A stretch of DNA of 64,000 nt from Mustelus asterias (GCF_964213995.1 NC_135827.1:23622001-23686000); one strand, 5' to 3'; positions 49,621 to 62,728 are shown, counted from the first letter of the stretch. Numbers and translations: made by a program. Notes: generated by a model not told the origin, from the letters alone.

Positions 49621-51707
49621 CTTAAATGCTTTGTTTGTTAATGGACAACTTTTTCACAAATTGCTATCTGATTATGATTTTAAATGTACTGAAATGTTAA
49701 GACAAAAGAAATTACCATAAAATATACCTGTTAATAAAACTGTTAATAAAGGAAGGCAATGCAACTTTGGCCTCATTGTTATTATGGAGGGTTAAAATAA
49801 TAATAAAAAGAACAAATTAAACCAAAACCAGTTAATGTTGTATATCCTACAAACCTTTGCAATGCAACCACATGACATTTAGTTATTAGAAAGCTGGTAG
49901 TGTTGCCAATTCTAATTTGATATTCCATAACAACTTTACAGCCATTTGCTTTTATCAGATTTACAGAAGAGCCAGATAATTGCTTTAGAAGCAGAAAATC
50001 TCAGATGGTTCCCAGGAAATGCATGTTATTTTAATTTATTTAAGTATGAAAGAAAGACATTGTTTTCCATGGACAATTATGAAGTGTGATAATGATATTG
50101 AAGATAAGATGAAAAAAATTAACATATCCAGAAGTGTAGGTTTTTTGTTTTCATAAACAATTATTTACTCAGCACATCTCAATTTAAAGGACACACCCCA
50201 CAATGTTTCTGAATGTCTAAAACTTTATAAATACATTGGCATTGCGAAATATAATTCCAGTGAATGATTCCCCTCTACCAGTTCAATAGTAATCTATCAA
50301 CAAAAGATATTAAGGACACACTGGTTAAATTTGCACTGTGCAATACAAAATATGTTAATGTTTATGAAATTCTTCCATTTGCTATTTTAAGGAAGTCATT
50401 GACCAATTTAAAAGGTAGCATTTTCTATAAATTGATAGACTGGAATATTTTATGAATATGAAAGACATTTGTTGCTGTTATTCACATATTTCAGTCTCAA
50501 ACATGTCTGCTTTGAAAATCTGCGTACCTTTACAAGGATCTCTGGAGACTGGTAATTGTTATCTCAGAAGAAAAGTGAATGTGCTAAACTTTACCATGGC
50601 AGCCCATCCCTATGCAATTTGTTATCACCTTGGCTGACTGACTAAGGAGCTCCCAGGGTGTTTGTGATTGATGAGCTGGGTGGATTGTCCTTCACAACCT
50701 ATCTGGCAATCAGCATTGTTTCGGTATTTGTTTTCTGTAATATTCCAGTTAGCTTGAAACTTCAGACCTTTGCTATTCTTCTGCATCCTTGTTCGATTTT
50801 GTTTTTATCCAACTTTCTTGTCACAGATAATGCCAAAAGACTTAACTGTGTCATAATGAAAAACCATTGCTGGGTCCAAGGGAACAATACACCTTTCATT
50901 TTAGCTTGCAGAGAAATAAGCAAGTGCTTACTGATACCGGCAACAATGATTTGAATGTGTTTCATAATCTTGGGGGTATTTGCATTATGATAGGTTAAAA
51001 CAAGTCTTGTACTTCTGTAGAACATTTTAAGTAGTGTCTAAAATTGATGTTTAAGATAAACACTGAACTAATGGATTTTTTTGTATTTGATTGCGAGAGC
51101 TAATTGTTGCTTTGTTGCCTGTCAAATTTCCTGGTTTTCACTTAACATCTTTCTATACTACTAAGGCTAAAACTAGGAAGGCAGTAGAGTGGGAAATGAA
51201 AGCAGCACCTCTTCACTCTGAAACAAGACTAGTACTGCTGATTTAGTCCATTTCCTTTGTTTCAAGAATTTAAAATTCTTGTAAGTACCTTGGTTGAGCT
51301 TCACACCATGAAATCACTTGATGATCACTCTACAGAAAACAGGATACTTATCTGGTAGCTAAATCAATTTATATTGTTTTTGAGTTTTCTACAAGAGCTT
51401 AGACTTTAACTGACCCTCCTGTTCTTGCAAACTTCAACACAACAGGAGACAGCAAATTTGTTGTGGATGAATACTTTGTGCTGAGCATACAGATGCACGA
51501 TGTGTCATTTCAATCTGGCTAATGCTTTGCTAATGCAAGACAGCTGCTGCTGCTGAACTTCACTTAGAGCTGCCATTGATGCAGCTGTCATTGCCACAAC
51601 TGTCTGAAATCCGTAATACGAGTGTTTGTAAATTTAAATACCAAGAAGGTGCTTTACCTTCACTTGTATCTTTGGTTAGGAACAGTTATCAAGTAGGTCA
51701 TAATTGG

Positions 51708-51816
51708 CTAGATCAGCGCTGATGAAGAGTCATCCAGAGTTGAAACGTTGGCATTATTCTCTCTCCACAGATGCTATCAGATCTGCTGAGATTTTCCAGC
51801 ATTTTCCGATTTTTTT
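51708..51816 (+). mobile_element. Single-arm PLE mini-insertion, family A; 15-bp TSD
   Basis: ctgatgaagagtcatccagagttgaaacgtt core; TSD GTAGGTCAT(A/G)ATTGG at 51693-51707 and 51817-51831. Confidence 0.85.
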
Positions 51817-52403
51817 GTAGGTCATGATTGGAATTATACAGTGGAAAACTGAGGGATGGTAAGGGAGGGGGGGAAGAAGCAAGTGGTGAGGGGAGAAGCG
51901 AGGCAGTGCAAATCCACCTTGCTAAGCTGTTGGTGAGGATTCCCACACACAGCAATGGAGGACCTTTTATATATAGGTGCTAAGGGCAGATGATGTGGGA
52001 TTACTACTGCAGAGGCCACAGAAATAAAGTATATATATGCTTGAGGTAAGAGCAATAGCATGTAAGTGAGTGAGCGAAGCATTGGGATTAGTTTTGGATT
52101 CCTCTAGGAAGGAGCCACCACAAACGCACTGTCCCAAAGAGCCTCTGACCTAGGTGTAAGCTCCTCCCTACAGTTCCATGGATCTTTTGTTAATTCCTTG
52201 CATTTGAATTTGAGAACAACATTGGCAGATAGCTGAGAATGGTGATAGAATGACGTGTGAGGCCCAAGGAACTGCTGTCTGTTTAAATTGATAAGTGTAA
52301 CTTCAATAAATAAATAAAACAGGAGCTGTCTGGATGTGAATTTGTTATCACATTATAATTATTATGATAACTAGATAACATAAACACTGTTGCTTAATAT
52401 TTA

Positions 52404-52657
52404 CAGTAAGAAGTCTCACAACACCAGGTTAAAGGCCAACAGGTTTATTTGGTAGCAAATACCATAAGCTTTCGGAGCGCTGCCCCTTCGTCAGATGGAG
52501 TGGTTATCTGTTCTCTGATAACCACTCCATCTGACGAAGGGACAGCGCTCCGAAAGCTTATGGTATTTGCTACCAAATAAACCTGTTGGACTTTAACCTG
52601 GTGTTGTGAGACTTCTTACTGTGCTTACCCCAGTCCAACGCCGGCATCTCCACATCA
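52404..52657 (+). mobile_element. Palindromic PLE-derived mini-element, family B; 13-bp TSD
   Basis: ~105-bp inverted arms centred at ~52512; unique tail on the right; TSD TGCTTAATATTTA at 52391-52403 and 52658-52670. Confidence 0.93.
52527..52563 (+). ncRNA. Minimal hammerhead ribozyme motif (mirror copy at 52462-52498 on the minus strand)
   Basis: CCAU-CUGACGA-A-GGGAC(AGC)GCUCC-GAA-AGCU-U-AUGG; stem I CCAU/AUGG. The minus copy has the better stem II, GGGGC/GCUCC. Confidence 0.65.
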
Positions 52658-52719
52658 TGCTTAATATTTAGCCACTGCTCTAAAAGCCAATACATTAGGA
52701 TTTAAATCATTTGTTAGCA

Positions 52720-52865
52720 ATCAGAAATAACCCCATTTCTTTCTCTCACTCTCTAACCTTGATGGGCTGAAGCTGCCTTCCTTTCGTTGTGATCAGCTCA
52801 CTTAGCACAAACCCGGTATCAATCCTGGAGCCTACCTGCTCTGTACGAGTTTAGCTACTCATCGG
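52720..52865 (-). mobile_element. Old tRNA-SINE remnant (LF-SINE-like)
   Basis: gatcagctcacttagcacaaacccggtatcaatcctggagcctacctgctctgtacg..ttagctactca resembles the reverse complement of a tRNA-head B box and the recalled LF-SINE-like shark repeat. Confidence 0.4.
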
Positions 52866-53321
52866 TAAACTTGTCAAGTTATTGGGGAAAGCCCTGAAAA
52901 GAGAGACATTTGAACTGTTCTTGTAGAATAGTAGAGATTGGTTTGAATTTTGGTTTAGCATTACAATTAACAGACAGTAGTGAGCATCTGGGCACCTTAA
53001 ATTGGAGTGCGCCATTAAATGAATTTGAAACATGTTACGAGTGACTAACATCTCCCAAAGGATATGGCTGCCCCATCCATCTTGGAGATTTTCCCATAAC
53101 CCAATTTATTAGAAAGCCTTGAAGAAATTTGATCAAGGGGGAAGTCATTGATTTCGAGTGCTCTGTCGTGACACAGCTATGGGTTTAATAATTTCTCTGC
53201 ATGAGCTATATATTTTCCTTATCTTGTTTGGGATGCTAACCACTTATGCCACAGGTGGTGTATCTTCTGTAAAAAGGATGGAGTGATGTATCATCGTATT
53301 TTGCTAGCAATGCTCCTAGAT

Positions 53322-53400
53322 CAGTGTTGTCCAGTACATTAGCCACTGACCTCATGTGGCTAATTGGGATTGCAGATGTGGGTAATTGTATATTTGAGTA
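53322..53400 (+). mobile_element. hAT-Charlie-like terminal fragment
   Basis: cctagat|CAGTGTTGTCCA...TAGCCACT..CC.CATGTGGCTA resembles Charlie/MER33-type termini and the NTCTAGAN target preference. Confidence 0.45.
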
Positions 53401-53966
53401 GAATATTTTTTTAAAAACAAGCATTTGACACAGCTGATGCGCACATGATCTCAATATTCATATTACACAGTGTACCCGTGTGTGCTTGATGGGTTTTTTT
53501 TGTGCATTTACTGGTGAAATGGCGAGACTCGGGTCAGTGCGTGTGGGGGAGTGACGCTTAATTATTGTGTGTGTTTTTCTTCCTTGGTTACTGATTATTG
53601 GTTATCTGCTAAAGTGGTTTGTAACATGCACGAAAGCACTGGCCATCAGCACCCTGGAAAATATAGCAACGTTTCACGGAGGCAGGAGTTTATCATAGTG
53701 GTCCCTTTAAACAATTGGAGCAAGTGATGCAGACCAGGAAAAAATAGCAGGCAGTTTCATTAGGCCTTGGCATGGTAAAAACAACTGGTCTAAACCACTC
53801 CTTGTCTTGTTGTGCGAGTCATAATTCTTAGCAATAACTCTGCTTGCAGCACCTGGACAAAAAAACCTCGCAGCTGGACTAAGATTTGCTATTTCTAATA
53901 AATTAATACCAGAATTATACACTTTTTGAAAGAGAGACTCCAGTGTTTGTTTAGTAAACTTATATC

Positions 53967-54130
53967 CAACATCAGGAGCCCGCACAAGGACAGTGAGTCT
54001 ACTGGGCAGCCAATTGGGAGGTTGTCAGTGCTTGGAGATTCCATACGTCTACAGAAGGACGGTCTCTGTGATTTTACCATAGACAACATCTCAGTTGGCT
54101 GTCCAGTAGACTTGCGGGCTCCAAATGTTG
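53967..54130. repeat. Imperfect inverted repeat (hairpin), probably the interior of a decayed MITE ending ~54316
   Basis: caacatcaggagcccgca..agtctactgggcagccaattgggaggttgtc pairs with gacaacatctcagttggctgtccagtagacttgcgggctccaaatgttg. Confidence 0.75.
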
Positions 54131-54717
54131 CTGGCTCCTAATTTGAGGCCTTAATTATGCAAGTCAGCTCTCTGCCTCTGTGAAGTGGTGATCCACCTCA
54201 CAGCCCACCTGTGGGAAACCTCCCCCAACTGTGGGACAGCGGTGGGCAGCCATCACAGTGTGGCTTCCACTATTTTGCCAGCCATTCCCCCCTCAATGAC
54301 TGGTAAAGCTCGGCCCATAGTGTCTGTATGTTGTATGGAGCTACATGAATAATTTTACTCGACAAACAATTGCTTTGGATTGAAGCCCAAGATTCTGCAC
54401 TTGGACATTTACAACACGACTATCACATCAAGTGTACCAGAATCTGAACTTTAAACAAACACTTGAGAGATTGAATGTCAGTGGTTGGTAGGTCCAGATA
54501 GAAAATGAAGCTTTCTGTTGTTGGCTATATGTTAGGTGTGTTTATTACCTTTTCCAATTACAAAACAGAGGTTTGCTCTTGTCACCAGAGGCTCCCGTTT
54601 GGTCCTGGCAGCAGTTTATATCTTACGGGTTTTCCATGTTTTGCCACTGTACTTAGTAGCACCATCTAAATGCTTTTGCTCAGATAAATGTCAATTGTTA
54701 TCACTGGGAGTCAAATA

Positions 54718-54812
54718 GGAGCTCTGACGGAGGGTAATCCAGACTCAAAACGTTGGCTCTATTCTCTCTCCTCAGATGTCGTCAGAACTGTTGAGATTTT
54801 CTGTTTGTGTTA
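54718..54812 (+). mobile_element. Single-arm PLE mini-insertion, family A, degenerate core
   Basis: gagctctgacggagggtaatccagactcaaaacgttggctctattctctctcc.cagatg. Confidence 0.78.
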
Positions 54813-55032
54813 GAATTATGTCAGTTCAGAATAGAAAGGAGCAAACATTGCGGTGAAAGGTGTGTGGGTGGCAATTCTCCGACTTGCATTTGTTTTAAAT
54901 ATTACATTCAACAATGTACAGTCTAAAGCTGTTGGCACAGATGGATAGTACTTGAGCTCATGGGTCAAAGCAATGTCTCCAGTTCTATGAGAAGTATAAT
55001 TTTACTTGGCCCCGGCTTCACTCCGTCTTTTA

Positions 55033-55356
55033 GATCATAGAATCATCCAATGCAGAAGGAGGCCATTCGGCCCATTGAGTCTGTTCCGACCACAATCCCA
55101 CCCAGGCCCTATCCCCATAACCCCATCCATTTACCCTAGCTAGTCCTCCTGACACTAAGGGAGAATTTAGCATGGCCCATCCACCTAACATGCACATCTT
55201 TGGAGAGTGGGAGGGAACTGGAACACCTGGTGGAAACTCACACAGACGCAGAGAGAATGGGCAAACTCCATACAGACAGTGACCCAAGCCGGGAATCGAG
55301 CGTAGGTCTCTGGCGCTGTGAGGCAGCAGTGCTAACCACTGTGCCACCATACTGCC
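55033..55356 (-). mobile_element. HE1-type SINE
   Basis: Reverse-complement tail tcatagaatc..gcagaaggaggccattcggccc and reverse-complement head gtgctaaccactgtgccacc. Confidence 0.9.
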
Positions 55357-55765
55357 TGCAATTTTGCTAATTTATCGAAATCTTTTGATATTTATTTTCT
55401 GCAAATTGATAGTAATGATTATATCCTCACCCAGCAAGGTGATAAAGTCTCTCCGTCTAATTGAGTATCAATACAATTCTGAAGTAACAGGAAAGCAAAT
55501 GCCGAAGTTAATGACCAACATGATAATTTGGGTGGCATAAAGTTAAAATGCTATTTAAGATGAGTGATCATTTGAATGCTTAAACAATTTCTTGCAGCTG
55601 TTTTGAGCTGTACGTTCTGTTTCTACTGACTCTGCACTGATTAAAATTAATTCTTAGTATCTCTTCCATTCAACTTGTGAATTATGCCATTAAGAGTAAC
55701 GATATTTAGAGGCCTTTCACTTGGAAGAACTGTAATCTGGTCTGTACATTGCATAAAAAGTCCAT

Positions 55766-55892
55766 GGGTGGAATTTTCCTGTCCCGCCCGCCATGAGAAT
55801 CGTAGCTGAGGGGGGGCCGACCATGCAAAGATCCGTTGACCTCAGGCGGGGATTTCCAGCCTTGGGGCGAGTGCGGCCGGAAAACCCCGCCC
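55766..55892. mobile_element. 127-bp MITE (Harbinger-like), TSD CAT
   Basis: cat|gggtggaattttcc ... ggaaaaccccgccc|cat; CpG-rich. Confidence 0.8.
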
Positions 55893-57014
55893 CATGTCTC
55901 TGCTACCAAGTGCAAAGAAACAAAGACAAGCCGCGGAACTCTGGATGACCACATTTTAATAGTTTATGACCAAGTGGAATAATGAAGCTGCAATTCTGGT
56001 GTCACCCAATGAAATCAGTTTGGAAACTTAAGCTTGTTGATAAGGCATTCAACTTTACTGTTGTCGTCCAAGCGTCCAATAAGACTGTGTGCCTGGAAAT
56101 GTTTCATTTTTGTGATCAGCTGCCTCTACCTTTGGTTCAGCAGTTAAATGCCACAAACAATGTCTGTTGTAAAATGCTTTTCTTCATTTAACTCGAGTTA
56201 AATACAATATATTTCTGCCATGAAACAGAAGTTGCTTATTACAGATGCTGTTTTGAATCAGTTCAGTCACTTTGGGTTTGAGAAGATGCCAGATGGCTGC
56301 AGCTTGCTTGCATGTATTTAGGCTGTGTCAGTTGACCTTGCAGTTGCAGAGTGTGTAGTAAATGAGTTGTACCTAATGTTCTTTGTGTACAAATAGATAC
56401 AATGTTCATATACTGAACTGAGCAACATACAGTGTGATTAAATATTTCAGTCTGCAGTATCAAAAGATACTGACGAGGTATTTTGGAAGGGAAAAGAAAG
56501 TCTGGATGATGTCATTATGGCAAATCTTGCATTAAAAGCACTGTACTGCACAATAGGCATTAGGTTGTCATGGCAGCAGCTGGCGATTTTGATTAATAGC
56601 ATGACCTTGAGGTTATCTTTTATTCCTGGATGGAATGGAGTGAAATGGGCAACGCGGATGTTCAATGGTAACTGTTCATCACCAAAGTAATTGAGCTCTT
56701 CATGCACAGCTGTGATGCTACAACCGCTTCTTCTGCATAAAGCACTAATTGCATTAACTAGCAAAGTAACGCAAGGTTATATCTTACACAGTGTGCTGGG
56801 ATTCAAAATAAACATCAGATCTACTGTAGCATGGGTTACAATGAGCAAGAGATTGTGCTGCAGCAAGTGGGGAGGAGGAATGGTGCTGTGGGGCTGGAGG
56901 GAGGTGAGGGAAATTGGAATAGTTATAAGACAGCTCCCCAGAGATGAAGTGAGCATTTTTCTCATCATTTCCTGGGAAATATTGAATTTTTCACAGTCGT
57001 TGCCTAAATCTCTA

Positions 57015-57303
57015 AGTTTAAAGTTTATTTATTAGTGTCACAAGTAGGCTTACAATAACGCTGCAATGAAGTTACAGTGAAAGTCTCCCAGTCACCACAC
57101 TCCGGCGCCTGTTCGGGGACACTGAGGGAGAATTTAGCATGGCCAATGCACCTAACCAGCATGTCTTTCAGACTGTGCGAGGAAACCGGAGCACCCGGAG
57201 GAAACCCACGCAGGCACGGGGAGAATGTGCAGACTCTGCATTGACAGTGACCCAAGCTGGTATCTGGCACTGTGAGGCAGCGGGGCTAACCACTGTGCCA
57301 CCC
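57015..57303 (-). mobile_element. HE1-headed SINE, tail B
   Basis: aagtttatttattagtgtcacaagtaggcttaca.taac.ctgcaatgaagttac (reverse-complement tail B) and reverse-complement HE1 head. Confidence 0.9.
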
Positions 57304-59128
57304 TGACCTAGATGTAATGTGGAGGATTAGTTGGTTACTGTGCACTCATTCAGGGTGTAACAGTCTAAACTTTAAAATCTTTTGTGTGTCTTGCATGAGA
57401 TAATTTTAAAGAGATACTGCCTTTTGGTCAGGCTGTTTTAAGTCCAGAGATCTCCTCTCAAAGGACTTGCGAATCCCCTGCCAGCTCAGCTGATGGAGAG
57501 ATTTGTTGAGTTGCTTTTAAGGCCACAGTAGGTGCCATTCCCAGGATGGGCTTGGGCGTGACAGATTGACTTAGTCAGGGCTGACGGTGGACTCACTCAC
57601 TCAACATCCACCAGAAAAGTGTTGGGTTGAAAAGAACAGGGTTCTATCTCATTCTGTGAACCCTGAGTTGGGTTTTTTTTGCCCTGATGTGGACAAACAT
57701 TCCTCTCTTACTCCATCACGCCTAGTGGCATGGACGATTGCCTATTTCTTCCACTTATTTTTAAATCCAGCAGATTACGCAATGTCCTGTTTCTTTTAAT
57801 GAAGAGACTTTTGATCTGAGTAGGTTGCTAGCCTGACTGGGGTGACATGCTAGATGAGCTGGAGTGCTATCACTCCACTTCCATCAGATATGAAAACCTA
57901 GCTGACTGTCAACTCAGTAATCAGAGTCTGGAGTGAGCAGTAGTCTCCTGTTGGCTAGGGCTACAATCTGATTGACACTCTGCTTCCATTGGGTGCCAAT
58001 ACTGCACTGGATGTTAACCAGGTATTCAGAAACTGAAAGTCTTGCCCAAGGCATTCTAGTCAGCGGCTCAAACCCGTAACCACCTAGTTGTGACACCCCC
58101 TACTAGAATTCTGAGGCCTGAAATCTTTGCAGACTTCTTAAATCTTCTCCAGAATCTAAAGAGGAAGGATTCACCAAAGGGATTCAGGTTATTGTGATTT
58201 ACAGTCAAGAGCACATATGGAATAAACATTGAGTAAAGTTCAGTGCAATCATTTCAGTTCCAGCCAAATAATTTGAATGGACCCTCAGGCTGCTAACATA
58301 GAATTTTCTAGGGATTTACAGCATGGTGCAGATAACAGTGTGAGTAATAAAACATTTATTTTGAATTTTGTTATGGAGTTCTTGTCTAATAAACCTGAAG
58401 TTCCCATCAGTGAAACATGGTTCTTCTGCTTGGGATTTTATTGCTCTCCAGTCATAACTTTCTTTGGGTGGTGTGAGCATTATTGATACATCAGATATTA
58501 ATAAGACAAAAGTCAATCAGGTTTGCAATGGTCATAAACCTTAGAAGGAACTTCATTGAATAATTTTACCAGTCATTGATGATTTCAGCATAACTCCATT
58601 GTGTAGAAACCATTTGGAAGCTGACTTCAAATAATGATTCTGAAGAAGCAACTGGTGAAGGTGTTTGGGAAAGTTTGCCATTTCTTTACCATTATTGTAA
58701 GGTTAGAAGTTCACGATTGTTTCAACTCTTCAAAGTTGATAGGTTCCCATCTCATTAAGTAATTCCCAGATGTTCTATTCTGTGTGTGTGAATGACTTGG
58801 TTATCAAATATGACCTGAAAGGATTATATTTGTTGTCAGCGAGTTTATCTACTTCAGCTTGATTAGGATCTGTCTGGACACTTGTGAAGTGAACCTGCAA
58901 CCAATAAATCACTAGCCAGAAATGGGGCTATCAAAGTAGAATACCTTGGAGAACACTTACCCTTCTATAGTTACTGCTGCTTTGAATAGCAATATAAATT
59001 AGTATAATTGTTCATTTCCTCAACTACTTTTTTGTTCCAAGAATATGTCACTCTCTTCAGGATCCGACGTTTAATTATTAAACAGTCAGTGCTAGATTTT
59101 TATTGATTGACAAATTAGGGAAAACCAT

Positions 59129-59407
59129 GGCGGGATCTTAGCAGCTCACCACGCCGGTTGATCAGGAGTACTATACTGGGAGATCGGGGTGCCTGCGCAA
59201 TGGCGCCCCTAGAGCGCAGCAGCCAACCTTACAAGTGAGCTGAGACTCCACCTCACCGCCCCACTGGTGAGATTCACATTACGGCCTCTGCTTTGCACAG
59301 AGTGCCGTAAATTACCATCACTTACCTCACTGAAAAGACGTGAGAGAGAACCAATCATTTTCTCACCTGTTTGACACCGAGAACTTTTTTGAAAAAAAAT
59401 TTCACCC
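59129..59407. mobile_element. Harbinger-like MITE, degenerate
   Basis: CpG-rich block cat|ggcgggatctta ... aaaatttcaccc|tat. Confidence 0.45.
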
Positions 59408-59530
59408 TATGTATCTAGACATTTCAAACTGAAGAATGGATGGAAGATGTGTTAGCAACAGTTGTCATGTGCAACCAGGGGAAAGAAAATCAAAATGGTG
59501 TAGTGTTTGTAAATCATTGTTGAAGGATGT

Positions 59531-60598
59531 TAGAAACATAGAAACATAGAAAAACTACAGCACAAAACACACAAGTTGTGCCGAACATATCCCTACCTTC
59601 TAGGCCGACCTATAACCCTCCATCCTATTAAGTCCCATGTACTCATCCAGGAGTCTCTTAAAAGACTCTATTGAGTTTGCCTCCACCACCACTGACGGCA
59701 GCCGATTCCACTCGCCCACCACCCTCTGTGTGAAAAACTTCCCCCTAACATTTCCCCTGTACCTACCCCGCAGCACCTTAAACCTGTGTCCTCTCGTAGC
59801 AGCCATTTCCACCCTGGGAAAAAGCCTCTGAGAGTCCACCCGATCTATGCCTCTCAACATCTTATATACGTCTATTAGGTCTCCTCTCATCCTACGTCTC
59901 TCCAAGGAGAAAAGACCGAACTCCCTCTGCCTATCCTCATAAGGCATGCCACGCAATCCAGGCAACATCCTTGTAAATCTCCTCTGCATCCTTTCAATCT
60001 TTTCCACATCCTTCCTGTAATGAGGCGACCAGAACTGAGCTCAGTACTCCAAGTAGGGTCTGACGAGGGTCTTATATAGCTGCATTATTATCCCCGGACT
60101 CCTAAACTCAATCCCTCGATTGATAAAGGCCAGCACACCATATGCCTTCTTAACCACCTCCTCCACCTGCGGGGCCGATTTTAGAGTCCTATGGACCCGG
60201 ACCCCAAGGTCCTTCTGATCCTCTACAGTACTAAGAGTCTTTCCCTTTATATTGTACTCCTTCATCCCATTTGACCTGCCAAAATAGACCACTACGCATT
60301 TATCTGGGTTGAAGTCCATCTGCCACTTCTCCACCCAGTCCTGCATCCTATCTATGTCCCTCTGTACCTTCTGACATCCCTCCAGACTATCCACAACCCT
60401 ACCAACCTTGGTGTCGTCGGCAAACTTACCAACCCATCCCTCCACTTCCTCATCCAGGTCATTTATGAAAATGACAAACAGCAAGGGTCCCAGAACAGAT
60501 CCCTGGGGCACACCACTGGTGACCGACCTCCATTTAGAAAAAGACCCATCTATACCCACTCTCTGCCTCCTTTGGGCAAGCCAGTTCTGGATCCACAG
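59531..60598 (-). mobile_element. Young 5'-truncated CR1 LINE (RT C-terminal half, one in-frame stop)
   Basis: WIQNWLAQRRQRV...SGVPQGSVLGPLLFVIFINDL...KFADDTK...LYKTLVRPYLEY*...RRMRGDLIDVYK...FFTQRVVGEWNRLP; tail (tagaaaca)n on the plus strand. Confidence 0.96.
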
Positions 60599-61601
60599 GG
60601 ATGTTTCTATGTTTCTAAAACACTTTTTTAAAACCGTGTTGATTGGTCGTGTATGGGATTCTAATAATTTCCCTTCAAACTTAAAGCTTATGTACAACTT
60701 ATGAACAAAGGAGAATTATAAATTCACAGCATGAGATAACATATTATAAACTTAATGTTGCTATCACTAAGAAATCTACAAATTGACGCACAAATGGAAA
60801 ACTTGGGCTGCAGTATGTCCTTTAATAATGGCACCAATTTAATATAATTTTGCTTTGCTTCAGCGTTTGCATTGATTTAGTGATGTGTTTTCATACTTGA
60901 CATTTAATCCATTGAAAATTCTGTAGGGATTTTGTGTTCCTTTAGAATCCCAATTTTCAGACTGTCTAATGTTACACCATTTAATCATGTTTTCTTTTGT
61001 GGTCAGGTTACATAGTTAAACCACGTACAATTATATTAATTTGGAAAAAGAATACCTTGCCGTTCTCAGGTTTTGTGTCAGAAGGTACACTGTGATAAGT
61101 TATTTTACGCAAGTGCATTAAATTTAGCAGATGTTCAAAATTTAGCTTCAGTTTAGGTCAGTCAAAGACTTGCCTTTTTGGGCCTCCATTTGCCTCAGTG
61201 CCAGCAGGCGGCCTCGCACCCCACCAATTAAATCTGCCTGAAGACGGCCAGCTGCTTCTTTTGCCCCAAACTGAGAGCAGACTTGACCTTTCTGAACAAG
61301 TACTCAACCATGGATGTACTTGCCTCAGGTGTTCAACTCTGTTGTGATGCTTTTAACATTTTCTTTAAAAAAAACTGGAAGAATAAATTGAATCTTCATA
61401 TTCTTGGCAAAGTGTTACAGAACCTATTTTCCACCCTTGCAAATTACTTTTTTCTTGATTAATTTGTGTTCACAAATGTGAAGCAGAGACCACGGATTAA
61501 TGTGGAGAAAACTGTTTGTCGTGCATTGTCAAAATCTGCTGCGTCTTGAATACCAGAGGTAATTTATTACCGAAATGTTTCGACAAAGCCCGAATTTTGA
61601 G

Positions 61602-61830
61602 GATAAAAGCAAAACACTGCGGATGCTGGAATCTGAAACATAAACAGAAAATGCTGGTAAATCTCAGCAGGTCTGACAGCATCTGTGGAGGGGAAAAGAG
61701 CCAACGTTCAAGACTAGATTATCCTTTGTCAGTTCTGACGAAGGGCCATCTGGACTTGAAATGTTGGCTCTATTCTCTCTCCAGAGGTGCTGTCAGACCT
61801 GCTGAGATTTTCCAGCATTTTCTGTTCTGG
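61602..61830 (-). mobile_element. Palindromic PLE-derived mini-element, family A
   Basis: Arms centred at gtcagttctgac (~61733); unique tail on the left; possible 7-bp TSD ttttgag (61595, 61831). Confidence 0.85.
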
Positions 61831-62354
61831 TTTTGAGAAATTCGGAAGGTGTGGTGGCAGCTAGTTAGACGGCCAGATCCATTTTCAAGACTGAACCTCA
61901 TTAGCAAAGAACTGAACTCTATGCAGAAAGGGGAGACCTGCAGCCACTGGAGTTTAAAGCAGTCTAGCCGGCCTCTGGGCCTGCAAGAAGTACGGGTGCT
62001 GGAGTGTGTCCATTTTCGGGGAGAAGAAAACCTTGTACAGCAGGCAGCCCAAGTTGTTTTTGTGGAGATCTGAAAGATATGCCTTCTCCTTTTGGCCCCC
62101 AGTTGAATTAACAGTGACCAACTGGGCTCCTCTTCAGCTAAGTCCACCCCTGCAATGGTGCAGAGTATACACAGCCTCATCCTCTGCCTGGTTGAATCTT
62201 AGTATGAGAGTCGGGATCCTATGCATGTCCTGCTGGATTTGTAGGCTGAAGGGGCCTCTTGTTTGACTCGAGCATGCATTCCAGTGGTATGTTATTGGGG
62301 AAATTGCATTGGCCATACTAAATGTGAGAATGTAGTAGAAGGCCCAGAATAATT

Positions 62355-62728
62355 TGCTAAGTGGTTATGTTACTCAGTTAGTAATTCAGGAGTTCCAATT
62401 CCATCATGGCAGCTTGAAAATTTAAATACAATTTTTTTAAAATCTGGAAATAAAAAGCTGGTATTGGTAAAGCTGACCATGAAGCTATTGGACTGTGATA
62501 AAATCCTAACTGGTGAATAAACGTCCTTACAACATCTGTCCTGTATGTGACTCCAGTTCCACACCAACATGATTGACTCTTTACCTGCTCCCTGAAGTGG
62601 CTTTGCAAGCTATGTGTTTGTGTCAATCCACTCCATGCAGACACTCTGGCCCATCATCAGCTTCTGACAGCGACCAGGAATGGCCAATAAATGCTGACCT
62701 GGCCAGCGACGATTACGAACAAAAAAAC
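62355..62728 (+). mobile_element. tRNA-derived SINE, same family as 40893-41260
   Basis: agtggttatgttact..ttagtaattcag..gagttccaattcca ... tatgtgactccag ... gccaataaatgctgacctggccagcgac. Confidence 0.75.

Noticed and set aside
61850-62330. GC-balanced block with several overlapping ORFs, possibly an exon or a Tx1-type remnant
   Set aside because: No recognisable motif or splice boundaries in any frame.
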